From: Pseudomonadota bacterium | Lineage (GTDB): Bacteria > Pseudomonadota > Gammaproteobacteria > Burkholderiales > Gallionellaceae | Direction: 5' to 3' | DNA: 64,000 nucleotides | NCBI GenBank assembly: GCA_043826585.1 | Contig: JBDRPZ010000043.1 | Location: 481-64,480, forward strand | In this document: piece after piece, positions 26,885-38,478 of the stretch | Numbering within the stretch: the stretch's first letter is position 1 | Layout of the letters: each line of letters starts with the position of its first letter | Made by a program: the position numbers and the translations under genes | The notes under the pieces: model-generated | Seen by the model: the letters and a program-made list of their open reading frames with translations, nothing else | The model's database searches: none | Told to the model about the DNA's origin: nothing

Positions 26885-27077
26885 GTTGGTTCTCCTTGGT
26901 TGTAAGGCATGGCCGGATCGGCGGATGCAGACATTGGTCGCAGCACTTCGACAATACTTACAAACAGGATGCCGCCTTTATGGAGAACGGCATTGACGCC
27001 ACAGACACGGGCAAGGATACTTCGTGCCGCGCGGTCGGATGTTCCTTCCGTTTAACGATTAATACCTTTGGCATTCT

Positions 27078-27872
27078 GTGGCTTCTGCGACTGATTCTTC
27101 TGTGATCCGACTGAGCGATCTGCGCTTGGACGACGCACGTGCTTTGCTTGAGCATGATCCTTCATGCGAGCTGCCCGAGCCGGAAGCATCGCCCACCGTT
27201 TACGTGCAAAGCGTTTTGGATGGTTTGTGCGAATTGTCTTTGCGCGACCCGTTGACAGGCCTGTCCAATCGTCGCCACTTCCGTCATCTGCTCAACCGCG
27301 AGATCGAGTCGGTCGCGCGTTCCGGGGAATCGGTGTTGTTGCTGATGCTGGATATCGATTTCTTCAAGAAGGTCAACGATACCTACGGTCACCATGCGGG
27401 CGATCTGGTGTTGCAGGCGGTCTCCAAATGTCTGGAAGCGTGTGTGCGTCCGATGGATACCGTGTCGCGCTTCGGCGGCGAAGAGTTCGCAGCCATCCTG
27501 CCGAATTGCCCGAGTACCTTCGCCCCCATCGTGGCGGAGCGTATCCGCCAAGCGGTGTCTGAACTCGCCATCACCGTATCACCGACAGAGACCATACATG
27601 TCACCATCAGTATCGGTGGTGCATTTGCACCGGAATGGGTGCGTTCCACAATCGAATTGTGGACCGAGCGGGCAGACGAACAGCTCTATCGCGCGAAATC
27701 AGCAGGCCGAAATTGCGTTTTCATTGAAGAACAGCGCGGCGTTGCCGTTAGTGCAGATGAGAAGGGCATGTTGTTCGGGCATCACCTGTTCGGAGATCCC
27801 GAGTCCGGAAGCGTCGCTGAATATGATTCGAACAGTGCAGTAGCAGACAGTGAAATGAACAGGGCAAACTGA
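27078..27872 (+). CDS. GGDEF-domain diguanylate cyclase with a short N-terminal region
   Basis: Motifs DPLTGLSNRR, DIDFFKKVND and an RFGGEEF active site. GTG start is uncertain. Confidence 0.8.
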   Translation: MASATDSSVIRLSDLRLDDARALLEHDPSCELPEPEASPTVYVQSVLDGLCELSLRDPLTGLSNRRHFRHLLNREIESVARSGESVLLLMLDIDFFKKVNDTYGHHAGDLVLQAVSKCLEACVRPMDTVSRFGGEEFAAILPNCPSTFAPIVAERIRQAVSELAITVSPTETIHVTISIGGAFAPEWVRSTIELWTERADEQLYRAKSAGRNCVFIEEQRGVAVSADEKGMLFGHHLFGDPESGSVAEYDSNSAVADSEMNRAN

Positions 27873-27874
27873 AG

Positions 27875-28711
27875 ATGAGCGAAGTTTCCAATCCACCACA
27901 AGACGCAGTGATGACGGCGGACCTGACGTCCAAGGTGCGCAGCAAGGTGATCGCGGTGACCAGCGGCAAGGGCGGGGTCGGCAAGACTTTCGTCTCGGCC
28001 AATCTCGCCTCGGCGCTGGCCAAGCGCGGCCTGCGCGTGCTGGTGCTGGATGCCGACCTGGGTCTGGCCAATCTGGACGTAGTGCTCAATCTCTATCCCA
28101 AGATCACCCTGCACGATGTCTTCACCGGCAAATCCAAACTGGAAGACGCGATCTACAAGGCACCGGGCGGATTCTCGGTGCTGCTGGCCGGTTCCGGCAT
28201 GGTGGAATATTCGCGACTGGCCCCCGAAGTGCGCGACGATTTCCTGCGCATCATGGAAACGCTGGTGCCGAACTACGACATCGTGTTGCTGGATACCGGT
28301 GCAGGTATCTCCGATGTGGTGCTGTTCGCGGTCTCCATGGCTTCCGAAGTATTGCTCGTAGCAACCCCCGAGCCGACCGCGCTGACCGACGCCTATGCCA
28401 CCATCAAAGTGCTGGCCGCACAACAGAAGCGGCAGCAAATCCGCGTCGTCATCAATCAGGTGGCGCGAACCGGAGACGGCACTGCCATCACCACGCAGTT
28501 GCAGCAGGTGCTGGATCGCTTCGTGAACAAGGATACCGAACACCCGTTGAAGTTGATCCACATGGGCGACATCCCCGCAGATCAAGCAGTGCGTCAAGCC
28601 ATCATGAAACGCCAATTGCTGGCGCAATCCGATCCGGGTTGTTCTGCGGCACTGGCAATCACGCAACTGGCCAGCAAAGTGGAAAGCGCCGTCATCAAAC
28701 ACGGCGCATAA
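27875..28711 (+). CDS. MinD/ParA-family ATPase (FleN/FlhG-like)
   Basis: 278 aa with deviant Walker A VTSGKGGVGKT, then ...LDADLGLANLDV... and ...EPTALTDAYATIK... ATG lies 2 nt after the GGDEF stop. Confidence 0.8.
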   Translation: MSEVSNPPQDAVMTADLTSKVRSKVIAVTSGKGGVGKTFVSANLASALAKRGLRVLVLDADLGLANLDVVLNLYPKITLHDVFTGKSKLEDAIYKAPGGFSVLLAGSGMVEYSRLAPEVRDDFLRIMETLVPNYDIVLLDTGAGISDVVLFAVSMASEVLLVATPEPTALTDAYATIKVLAAQQKRQQIRVVINQVARTGDGTAITTQLQQVLDRFVNKDTEHPLKLIHMGDIPADQAVRQAIMKRQLLAQSDPGCSAALAITQLASKVESAVIKHGA

Positions 28712-28717
28712 GGTTCT

Positions 28718-30157
28718 CTATCCCTCCTTGTCGAGGGGCTGTTTGGATAGGTTGTGAATGAGCCTTCCCAATTCTGCGATGGCAGCTTCTATCTCTTCGC
28801 TCCATAGATGCCCGTAGTTCAGGCGCACATAATCTGTAAATCCTCTTTGTGCCGAGAAGATCGGTCCCGGTGCGATGCTGATGCCGAGATCGAGCGCTTC
28901 GCGATGCAATGCCAGCGAGTTGACGCCGTCGGGCAGTTTCACCCACAGGAAGTAGCCGCCGCTTGGTGCTGTCAGGCGCGTCCCTTCGGGGAAGTATCGT
29001 TCGACGGCTTCGATGAATTTGATCTGATGTAACTGCAAGGTATGGCGCAGGTTGCGTAGGTGACGGTCGTAGCCGCCTTTCTGCAGATAGCTGGCCAGTG
29101 CGATCTGTGCCGGTACTGAGGTCGCCAGTGTGGTGCTTAATTTCAGGCGTTCTACCTTTTTTGCATAACGTCCCGGCGATGCCCAGCCGACGCGGTAACC
29201 CGGTGCGAGGCTTTTGGAGAATGACGAGCAGTGCATCACCAGCCCCTGGGTGTCGAAGGCCTTGGCTGGCGTGGGGCGCTTGTCGCCGAAATACAGTTCG
29301 CCATAGACATCGTCCTCGATCAGCGGCACGTCGTGGCGTGTGAGCAAGGCGACCAAGGCGCGCTTCTTGTCGTCCGGCATCAAGCTGCCCAGCGGGTTCT
29401 GGAAATTGGTCATCAGCCAGCAAGCGCTGGGCTTGTGCTGTTTGATCGCGCGTTCCATCGCTTCGAGGTCTATGCCTTCGCGTGGATGGCACGGCACATC
29501 CACCGCTTTCAGGCCGTTGCGTTCGATCGATTGCAGTGCCGCGTAGAAGGTGGGGGAGCCGATCAGCACTTTGTCGCCCGGCTGGGTCACCGCTTGCAGG
29601 CAGAGATTCAATCCTTCCAGCGCGCCGTTGGTGATCACGATCTCGTCTGCCGGTACTTTCAGGCCGTCGATCATGTAGCGCAATGCGATCTGGCGGCGCA
29701 GTTCGGCATCGCCGGGGCTGATGTCTTCCACGCTGCGCCAGGGGTCTGTCGCTTGCACGCTGGCGGCCATGTTCTTGGCCAGCCGCGCCATGGGGAACAG
29801 CAGGGGGCTGGGAAAGGCGGAACCCAGCGGCACGGTCTTGCGAGCGCGGGTCGATTCCAGCACTTCGAACACCAGCTCGCTGACATCCACTTCCGTGGCT
29901 TTCAATCTGGTGTCGATGACAGGCTCGGGCAGTTGCGGCAGGCCATGCGCACCGCCGGTGACAAAGTATCCCGAACGTTCGCGCGCCGAGATCAACCCGC
30001 GTGCTTCCAGCAGGTAATAGGCCTGGAACACGGTGGACGGGCTGATTTTGCGTTTGGCGCTGGCCTCGCGCACTGACGGCAGGCGCGCGCCGCGCGTCAA
30101 CAGCCCCTCGCGTATGGAGCGTGCGATGTCTTCGGCGAGCAGTTCGTAGCGTTTCAT
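28718..30157 (-). CDS. MocR-type GntR-family regulator with PLP aminotransferase-like domain
   Basis: 479 aa from ATG 30157. N-terminal wHTH (...LPSVREASAKRKISPSTVFQAYYLLEARGLI...) and an aminotransferase fold (...SFSKSLAPGYRVGW...). The ORF-track start at 30403 is an upstream extension. Confidence 0.85.
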   Translation of the reverse strand: MKRYELLAEDIARSIREGLLTRGARLPSVREASAKRKISPSTVFQAYYLLEARGLISARERSGYFVTGGAHGLPQLPEPVIDTRLKATEVDVSELVFEVLESTRARKTVPLGSAFPSPLLFPMARLAKNMAASVQATDPWRSVEDISPGDAELRRQIALRYMIDGLKVPADEIVITNGALEGLNLCLQAVTQPGDKVLIGSPTFYAALQSIERNGLKAVDVPCHPREGIDLEAMERAIKQHKPSACWLMTNFQNPLGSLMPDDKKRALVALLTRHDVPLIEDDVYGELYFGDKRPTPAKAFDTQGLVMHCSSFSKSLAPGYRVGWASPGRYAKKVERLKLSTTLATSVPAQIALASYLQKGGYDRHLRNLRHTLQLHQIKFIEAVERYFPEGTRLTAPSGGYFLWVKLPDGVNSLALHREALDLGISIAPGPIFSAQRGFTDYVRLNYGHLWSEEIEAAIAELGRLIHNLSKQPLDKEG

Positions 30158-30292
30158 GGTGCGGGTCCGTATCCGATGTCTCTGCGCGATTATCTCATCT
30201 GATATGGTTTTTTTTGCCAATTCTGCTTCTGTGATGATTTCGGCCGAATCACTAGCATGCCCCCTGTCCAAATATAACGAGGGGGAGCAGTG

Positions 30293-31729
30293 ATGAACGG
30301 ATTCAACGAAAGGGAGCTGGGCATCAGCCGTGTCGGCTCGGTGACCGAGATCTATCAGGAGCTGGAGCCCTATCCGGTCAATATCGGTGAAAAGACCATT
30401 CATGCCAAACGCATGCCCGGCTTCTTCCGTTCGTTCAAGACCTGGATGCAGACCGGTTTGTGGCTATCGCTATGTTTGCTGCCTTACCTGCGCTGGAACG
30501 GCAAACAGGCGATCATGTTCGATATCGACCACAGCCAGTTCCATTGTTTCAACCTGACGGTCAGGCCGGACGAGATGTGGATGTTGATGCTGGTCTTCAT
30601 CGCGGCTTCGATGCTGATGTTCTTCGTGACCAATGTGGTGTCGCGCGCATGGTGCGGTTACATGTGTTTCCAGACGGCTTGGACCGACCTGTTCACCTGG
30701 ATAGAGGACAAGGTCGAAGGCAATCCCGCGGCGCGCCGCAAGCTGGATGCCGCCCCTTGGAGTGCGGACAAGATCATCAAGAAGGTTGCCAAGCATCTCA
30801 TCTGGTTGGGCGTCGGCTTCGTCACCGCGATCAGCTTCACGATCTGGTTCGTCGATGCATTCGAATTCTGGGATAAGTTGATCCACCTTCAGCTGCCCAA
30901 GGTGGCATGGGTGACGCTTGTTCTGATCATCACCGGCACCTATCTTTATGCGGGCTTGATGCGCGAACAACTGTGTTCATGGATATGCCCTTATGCGCGC
31001 TTCCAGTCCGTAATGGCCGATACGCAAACCATCCTGCCCAGCTACGATTTCAAGCGAGGCGAACCGCGCGGCAAGGTGCGCAAGGGGAGCGAGGTCGTCA
31101 AGCAGCAAGGTGATTGTATCGATTGCTATCAATGTGTGCAGGTCTGCCCGACCGGGGTGGATATCCGCAAGGGACATCAACTGAGTTGCATCACCTGCGG
31201 CCTGTGTATCGATGCGTGCAATTCCGTCATGGACAAGTTCGGCAAGCCGCATGGTCTGATCAGATATGCCTCGACGGATGAGATTCACGGCAAGCCGCAC
31301 AAGAAGCGCTACCAGAACCCGTGGCTGTGGGTCTATACGGGTATCTTTACGGCTTCGGTGATCGGGATCCTGTATGGCTTGACCCACATGACATCCGTGA
31401 ATCTGAGCGTCCGGCCTGAACGCCAGCCCTTGTTCGTGCGCATGAGCGACGGATCGATCCAGAACAAATACGTGCTGAAGATATTGAACAAGACCGACAA
31501 GGACATGCACTTCGCCGTGTCGACCGAGGGCAATATCACGGGGCGAACAGTCATTGGCGCAGAGAAACTGATACCTGTTAAGCCTCAGCGAGGAGCTGCT
31601 TTAACCATCTTCGTCAAAGCACCCGCAGGGAACATTTCCAAAGAAGTGACGCCGCTCAGATTCCGGGTGCAAAGTATTGAGGATTCCACTATTGCAGCAG
31701 CATATGACACCAAGTTCTATGCCCCTTAA
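30293..31729 (+). CDS. ccoG: CcoG/FixG/RdxA-type membrane 4Fe-4S protein
   Basis: 478 aa with TM helices plus CIDCYQCVQVCP and CITCGLCIDACN ferredoxin motifs. GGGGGAG RBS precedes ATG 30293. Confidence 0.85.
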   Translation: MNGFNERELGISRVGSVTEIYQELEPYPVNIGEKTIHAKRMPGFFRSFKTWMQTGLWLSLCLLPYLRWNGKQAIMFDIDHSQFHCFNLTVRPDEMWMLMLVFIAASMLMFFVTNVVSRAWCGYMCFQTAWTDLFTWIEDKVEGNPAARRKLDAAPWSADKIIKKVAKHLIWLGVGFVTAISFTIWFVDAFEFWDKLIHLQLPKVAWVTLVLIITGTYLYAGLMREQLCSWICPYARFQSVMADTQTILPSYDFKRGEPRGKVRKGSEVVKQQGDCIDCYQCVQVCPTGVDIRKGHQLSCITCGLCIDACNSVMDKFGKPHGLIRYASTDEIHGKPHKKRYQNPWLWVYTGIFTASVIGILYGLTHMTSVNLSVRPERQPLFVRMSDGSIQNKYVLKILNKTDKDMHFAVSTEGNITGRTVIGAEKLIPVKPQRGAALTIFVKAPAGNISKEVTPLRFRVQSIEDSTIAAAYDTKFYAP

Positions 31730-31767
31730 GGCGGCGGCACGAGAAACAGGGAGAGATATGCGACTGA

Positions 31768-32337
31768 TCAGACTGTCACCAGCATCCACGCCCCCATAGC
31801 GGCGATGCTCATTCCCAATACTTGAACCAGACGCGCGAAACGTTCACGCAACGCATTACTCATGACGATGCCGCTCACGTGCAGCGATGCGGTGGAGAGC
31901 AGGAAGCCTGCGGCGTAGGCGAGCGGGGCGGCTGCGCTGGGCATTTCGGCGCCGTGTGCGTAGCCGTGGAAGATGCCGAATGCTGATGTGAGGGCGAAGC
32001 TGATGGGCAATGCGAGCTTGGTCGGGCTGGCGATGAGCAGGCCGAGTATCAGCACCGAGGCGGCGATGCTGGGTTCGATCAAGGTCAGCGAGGGGATGGA
32101 CATACCGATGAACGCGCCTGCGGCCAGCATCGCCATGAAGGTGGCGGGCAGTTGCCAGAGGCGTTGCCCGCCCAGTTGTCCGGCCCACAGACCGACGGCC
32201 AGCATGGCGAGCAGGTGGTCCATGCCGCTGAAGGGGTGGGCGAGGCCGGTACCGAAACCGGATGATCCGTGACCGGTGTGCGCGCTGGCGGCAGTGCTGA
32301 CGAGAAGCAGGGCGAAGAGGGGCAGGGTGCGTTTCAT
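31768..32337 (-). CDS. hupE: HupE/UreJ-family nickel transporter
   Basis: 189 aa. Signal peptide then HTGH...GLAHPFSGMDHLLAML motif, polytopic. Immediately downstream of hynL. Confidence 0.8.
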   Translation of the reverse strand: MKRTLPLFALLLVSTAASAHTGHGSSGFGTGLAHPFSGMDHLLAMLAVGLWAGQLGGQRLWQLPATFMAMLAAGAFIGMSIPSLTLIEPSIAASVLILGLLIASPTKLALPISFALTSAFGIFHGYAHGAEMPSAAAPLAYAAGFLLSTASLHVSGIVMSNALRERFARLVQVLGMSIAAMGAWMLVTV

Positions 32338-32351
32338 GTTCGGTCTTCCTT

Positions 32352-34084
<1,733 letters not shown>

Positions 34085-34088
<4 letters not shown>

Positions 34089-35362
34089 GATGCTTTCCCT
34101 TCAGTGTTGTCCGCCAGATGTTCGGCGACGAGTTCGGTGAGGCCGATGACTTCGATATCCATGTGGTTGTTCTCCAGTCCGTCCAGCAACATGGTGCGGC
34201 AGTTGGAGCAGGAGGTGACCAAGGTCTTCACGTTCACCGCATCGAGCTGGTCCTTCTTGCGGCTGAACACTTTGACGCGCAAAGGCTCGGCACGGTGATT
34301 GGCACTGACGCCGCCACCACCACCGCAGCACCAGTTCTGCACGCCCGCATCCGGCATCTCGACGAAGTTGGGCGCGACCATGTGCATCAGACTGCGCGGC
34401 TGTTCGATCACGCCGCCGCGGCGCACCATCTGGCACGGGTCGTGGAAGGTCATGCGCGTCTCGTCCACGCTATTGGTCTTCAATTGACCTTCGCTACGCA
34501 GCTGGTCGAGCAGCTCGATGATGTGGATGACCTGGAAGGGGTAGGGGCGACCGATCAGGTTGGGGCCTTCCCAGCGCAGCGCGGTGAAGGCGTGGCCGCA
34601 TTCGGGGCTGATGACGTATTTCACTTTCAGGCGTTCGGCGGCATGCACGATGCGTCCGACTATCTCAGCCGCCAGATCGGAAGAGCCGATCTGGATGCCG
34701 CTGTTGGTGCCTTCGAAGCCGTCCGAGGCCAGCGTCCATGACACGTTCGCCTGTTTGAAGATGCGCGCCACGGCGCCGATGATCTCCGGGTAATCGGCGA
34801 TCTCGGCCGAGGACAGCACCATCATGTAGTCCGCGCCTTCCACGTCCAGCGGGATGGTGAGGCCGGTGTCTTTCTCGGCGTGTTTGATCTGCGCCTTCAG
34901 GGTGTTGATGTTCAGGCCCATCGGGCTGCCCAGTTCGATGGCGCGCTGCGTCGCGCCTTTCAGGCCTTCCGGTGCATGACCCGAAGCGACCATGCCTTCG
35001 CGCATCTTGCGCACCATGTACACGATGTCGTTGCCGACCGGACACACCAGCGAACAGCGGCCGCACAGCGTACAACTGTCGTAGATCAGCGGTTCCCACT
35101 CGGCCAGCTCCTCATCTGTGACTGGCTTGGAGATGCCGACCTTCTTCATCAGCTTGCCCCAGAAGGTGTATTCCTGCTGCCACAGGCGGCGCATCGGCTC
35201 CAGCTTGTGGATGGGCGTGTATTTCGGGTCCTTGGTCTCGGTGTAGAACAGGCAGGCATCGGCACACAGTCCGCAATGCACGCAGGAAGAGAAGAAGCTG
35301 GCGGTCGGCGAGTCGATCTGGCCGAGCAGGGTGTTGATGCCGTTCTGGAGTGATGTGGTCAT
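34085..35362 (-). CDS. isp2: Isp2, HdrD-like Fe-S/CCG-domain protein of Isp hydrogenases
   Basis: 425 aa with two ferredoxin motifs (CVHCGLCADAC, CTLCGRCSLVCP) and CCG-type Cys motifs (...NWCCGGGGG...). ATGA overlap with hynL. Confidence 0.85.
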
Positions 35363-35374
35363 GACATGTCCCCC

Positions 35375-36037
35375 TTAGATCTCGATGCCTTTGAACCCGT
35401 TCACCGCGCCGTTGTACCAGCGCGCGATGAAGGTGGTGAACATGTGCGCCAGCTTGGTGAACGGCGCGACGATGAGCAGCAGTTCCACACTGGCGATGTG
35501 CAGCGTCAGCAGCGTGATGTATTCGAACCCGATCTCGCGCAGCAGCATGAAGCCGGTCAGCAGTGGCAGGAAGGACAGCGTCCAGGTGAGGTAATCCTGG
35601 AAGTCGGACAGCATGCGCTTCACCGGATCGACGAAGCGATGCACCAGCAGCGCGATCATGGCCGCAATGGAAAGCACCGCGGCGATGTCGATCACGCCGC
35701 GCGGCATGGCGGGCCAGTGCAGGCCCAGCACGGCGCGGATCAGGTCGATGTGCTGGCTGAGGAAGAGAAAGGTGACGAAGAAACCGATGTGGAAGATGAA
35801 GCCGGCGATGACGGTGAAGTTACCGCGTGCGCTCAGTTTGGTGGTGGCGAAGCTGCGCCGCCACATGGTGCGCAGTCCGCCAGACCATTCCGAGCCGCGC
35901 GCTTGCGCCAGCGATTTCTTGCGGCCCAGCATGAAGATATGCAGCACACGATAGACCATGCCGATCACGAAGACGGCCGCAGCGATCTGCAAGCCGGTGC
36001 CGCGTACCCAGAGCAACAGTTCCTGTTCCATAATCAT
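35375..36037 (-). CDS. isp1: Isp1, NarI-like di-haem b-type cytochrome membrane subunit
   Basis: 220 aa, about 5 TM helices with conserved His residues. Lies between hynS and isp2. Confidence 0.8.
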   Translation of the reverse strand: MIMEQELLLWVRGTGLQIAAAVFVIGMVYRVLHIFMLGRKKSLAQARGSEWSGGLRTMWRRSFATTKLSARGNFTVIAGFIFHIGFFVTFLFLSQHIDLIRAVLGLHWPAMPRGVIDIAAVLSIAAMIALLVHRFVDPVKRMLSDFQDYLTWTLSFLPLLTGFMLLREIGFEYITLLTLHIASVELLLIVAPFTKLAHMFTTFIARWYNGAVNGFKGIEI

Positions 36038-36169
36038 TCCCCTTCAGCAGACCATTGAAAAACTACTGCGGTAGCCATCTGCGGCGTTGCGCGGTGCTCG
36101 TTCCGTCGCCTATCTATTTGATATGTCTTTGTCGCTCCGCTCCGTGCGCCTTGCATCTGGCTATCCTCG

Positions 36170-37270
36170 CTACGTTTTTCCATGGCCTGCAAGGTCTTCG
36201 ATCGTGATCTTCTCGCGCGACTGTTGCGCCTGTGTCTTATTGCCGCGATCTATCGCTCCCACGATGACTGCCGCTGCCGCGCCGACGACAGCAGCCGCTT
36301 GTGCCACGCTGGTGACATCGGCAGCGGGCGAGGGCAGCGGTGCGTAGAAGCTGCCCGCATCCCAGAACTTGGGTTCCGAGCAGCCGAGGCAACCATGACC
36401 GGCTTCGATGGGGAAGCCGGCGCCGCCGTTCCACTTGGTGGTCGCGCAGGCGTTGTGCGTGGTCGGGCCTTTGCAGCCCAGTTCATACAGGCACCAGCCG
36501 TTGCGTGCGCCTTCATCGTCGAAGGTCTTGGCGAACTTGCCCTGTTCATACATCGGGCGGCGGTAGCATCGGTCGTGGATGGTCTCACCGTAGAAGGCCG
36601 TGGGCCGTCCCAAGTTGTCCAGCGCCGGCAATGCACCGAAGGTCAGGTAGTGCGCCAGCACGCCGGTGATGACTGCCGGAATCGGCGGGCAGCCGGAGAT
36701 GTTGATGATGGGTTTGTCCTTGATCAGGTCGGACACCGCGACCGCACCGGTGGGGTTGGGTTGCGCGTTGGGCAGGCCGCCGAACGCGGCACAGCTGCCG
36801 ACCGCGACGATGGCCGCTGCGCCGGCGGCCGCTTCATGCAGCATGTCGAGGTTGGTGCGACCGGCGATGGTGGAATACACGCCGCCGTCCTTGACCGGTA
36901 TGGAACCGTCCACCAGCAACAGGTACTTGCCGTGGAATTCCTTCATCGCATCCTCGCGCGCCTGCTCGGCAGCGAAACCGGAGGCGGCTTGCAGGGTGTG
37001 GTGGTAGTCCAGTGACACCATGTCGAAGATCAGGCTTTCCAGCGTGGGCGAATGCGAACGCGTCAGCGATTCGGTACAGCCGGTGCATTCCTGGAACGAC
37101 AGCCAGATCACCGAAGGTCGGGACACTTTCGCCAGCGTGGCGGCGATGGCAGTCGCACTGCCGGGCGGCAGCGCCATCATGGTCGCCATCGCGGCACAGA
37201 ACTTCAGAAAACTGCGGCGGCTCACACCTTGTTCCTGCAGCCGTTGCTCCAGCGTCTCGTGTTCTTTCAT
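36170..37270 (-). CDS. hynS: [NiFe] hydrogenase small subunit with Tat signal
   Basis: 366 aa. Twin-arginine signal GVSRRSFLKF and Fe-S cluster Cys motifs (...CTGC..., ...GCPP..., ...CLGC...). Confidence 0.95.
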   Translation of the reverse strand: MKEHETLEQRLQEQGVSRRSFLKFCAAMATMMALPPGSATAIAATLAKVSRPSVIWLSFQECTGCTESLTRSHSPTLESLIFDMVSLDYHHTLQAASGFAAEQAREDAMKEFHGKYLLLVDGSIPVKDGGVYSTIAGRTNLDMLHEAAAGAAAIVAVGSCAAFGGLPNAQPNPTGAVAVSDLIKDKPIINISGCPPIPAVITGVLAHYLTFGALPALDNLGRPTAFYGETIHDRCYRRPMYEQGKFAKTFDDEGARNGWCLYELGCKGPTTHNACATTKWNGGAGFPIEAGHGCLGCSEPKFWDAGSFYAPLPSPAADVTSVAQAAAVVGAAAAVIVGAIDRGNKTQAQQSREKITIEDLAGHGKT

Positions 37271-37279
37271 CGTGTCACC

Positions 37280-37687
37280 TCACTTGGGTTGCACCAACAT
37301 CTGTTGCAGTCTTTCCAAACCGTCGCGCATGTCTTCCGGCTGACTGTGCAGGATGGCGGGCACGGCGGCGATCTCGATCAGGTCGGCGATGACATCGCCT
37401 TCGACGTTGTAGTGCGTCACCCACCATACGCCGGGGTAATGCGTCTCATATAACTCGGAATCGCCTATGGTCTCCAGCCGTGCCGAGGCTTCGCCGCGTC
37501 CCAGTGCGGTGCGCAGACTTTCGTATTCAGTGGGAGAAAAGGGCAGGCTCTTCAGATCGATCATCGAGGTCTCGCCCTGATTGATGAGCCGTTCAAGACG
37601 GGTGGCGATCTCGTGGAGCAATGCATCGACGCTGCCTATCGAATTCAGGTCAGTGGCGACTTTGATGGAGATATCGTCCAGACTCAT
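37280..37687 (-). CDS. hydrogenase accessory protein, HupH/HyaF C-terminal-domain-like (tentative)
   Basis: 135 aa. Position between the maturation protease and hynS, overlapping the hupD stop. Motif ...HYPGVWWVTHYN...IEIAAVPAIL recalls HupH. Confidence 0.45.
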   Translation of the reverse strand: MSLDDISIKVATDLNSIGSVDALLHEIATRLERLINQGETSMIDLKSLPFSPTEYESLRTALGRGEASARLETIGDSELYETHYPGVWWVTHYNVEGDVIADLIEIAAVPAILHSQPEDMRDGLERLQQMLVQPK

Positions 37688-38160
37688 TGCCAGCCCTCCA
37701 GTATTTTTTTTGTTTGCGCACAGACTTGCGGCATGGCGGCAGCGACGGCATCAGAAGGATGTTCGCCCCAGTCGATCACGTGCGGCTGGATGCCGATCAG
37801 TGCACGTCGGGTGGGTAGGTGGTCTGCCAGATGCGCGATGGCCATCAGGTCGAGCAGGCTTACTTCATGTACGCTGCGCTTGCGGTTGCTGCCGAGGAAT
37901 TCATCCATCGCTTCGCCTTCGAACACTTGTGAGTGACCGGGGGCGGCATTGAGATTTGCGGCGTCGATGACGATGAGTCGGGAAGTGTCTTCGATGGCGG
38001 ATGCCAGGGTGAAACTGAGGGTGCCGCCGTCGAGGAAGGTGATGTCGTCGCGATCCGCCAGTGCCTCGCGCAGGAAATTCATCGCATGGATACCCGCGCC
38101 TTCATCCTGCATAAGGCTGTTGCCGATACCGAGGATCAGTGTGTTTCCAGGTTCACGCAT
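37684..38160 (-). CDS. hupD: hydrogenase maturation endopeptidase (HupD/HyaD/HynD)
   Basis: 158 aa from ATG 38160. N-terminal LILGIGNSLMQDEGAG motif. The ORF-track start at 38214 is an extension. Confidence 0.85.
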   Translation of the reverse strand: MREPGNTLILGIGNSLMQDEGAGIHAMNFLREALADRDDITFLDGGTLSFTLASAIEDTSRLIVIDAANLNAAPGHSQVFEGEAMDEFLGSNRKRSVHEVSLLDLMAIAHLADHLPTRRALIGIQPHVIDWGEHPSDAVAAAMPQVCAQTKKILEGWQ

Positions 38161-38241
38161 GACGTTAGAGATGGTGAGCGGGCGACGGACGCAATCTAGC
38201 ATTAGAATGTGCACACTACAACCGACCTATGGTGTTATTTC

Positions 38242-38478
38242 ATGTGCCTCGGCATCCCCATGCAGATCGTCAGTATCGATGGTTTCAATGCCCGCTGCGA
38301 AGCCAAGGGCGTTTCCCGCGATGTGAGCCTGTTCCTGTTACAGGGAGAAGACATCAATGTCGGTGATCATGTGATGGTGCACGTGGGCTACGCCATCCAG
38401 ATGATGACCGAGCAGGAAGCGCGTTCGACCTGGGAGTTGCTGGACGAGATGCTGGCGGCTGAGGAAAACGATGCTTGA
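38242..38478 (+). CDS. hypC: hydrogenase assembly chaperone HypC
   Basis: 78 aa starting MCLGIPMQIV, the canonical N-terminal Cys2. ATG at 38242. Confidence 0.9.
   Translation: MCLGIPMQIVSIDGFNARCEAKGVSRDVSLFLLQGEDINVGDHVMVHVGYAIQMMTEQEARSTWELLDEMLAAEENDA

Noticed and set aside
26597-26996. The regular short DNA repeats looked at first like a possible CRISPR or other non-coding array. There is also a plus-strand 113-aa ORF here with AAQGF repeats.
   Set aside because: The repeats are in-frame coding units (NPCAA) of a secreted protein with an RBS and a signal peptide. Unit spacing is irregular (15-27 nt), with no constant repeat/spacer architecture. The plus-strand ORF is just the antisense mirror of the repeats.
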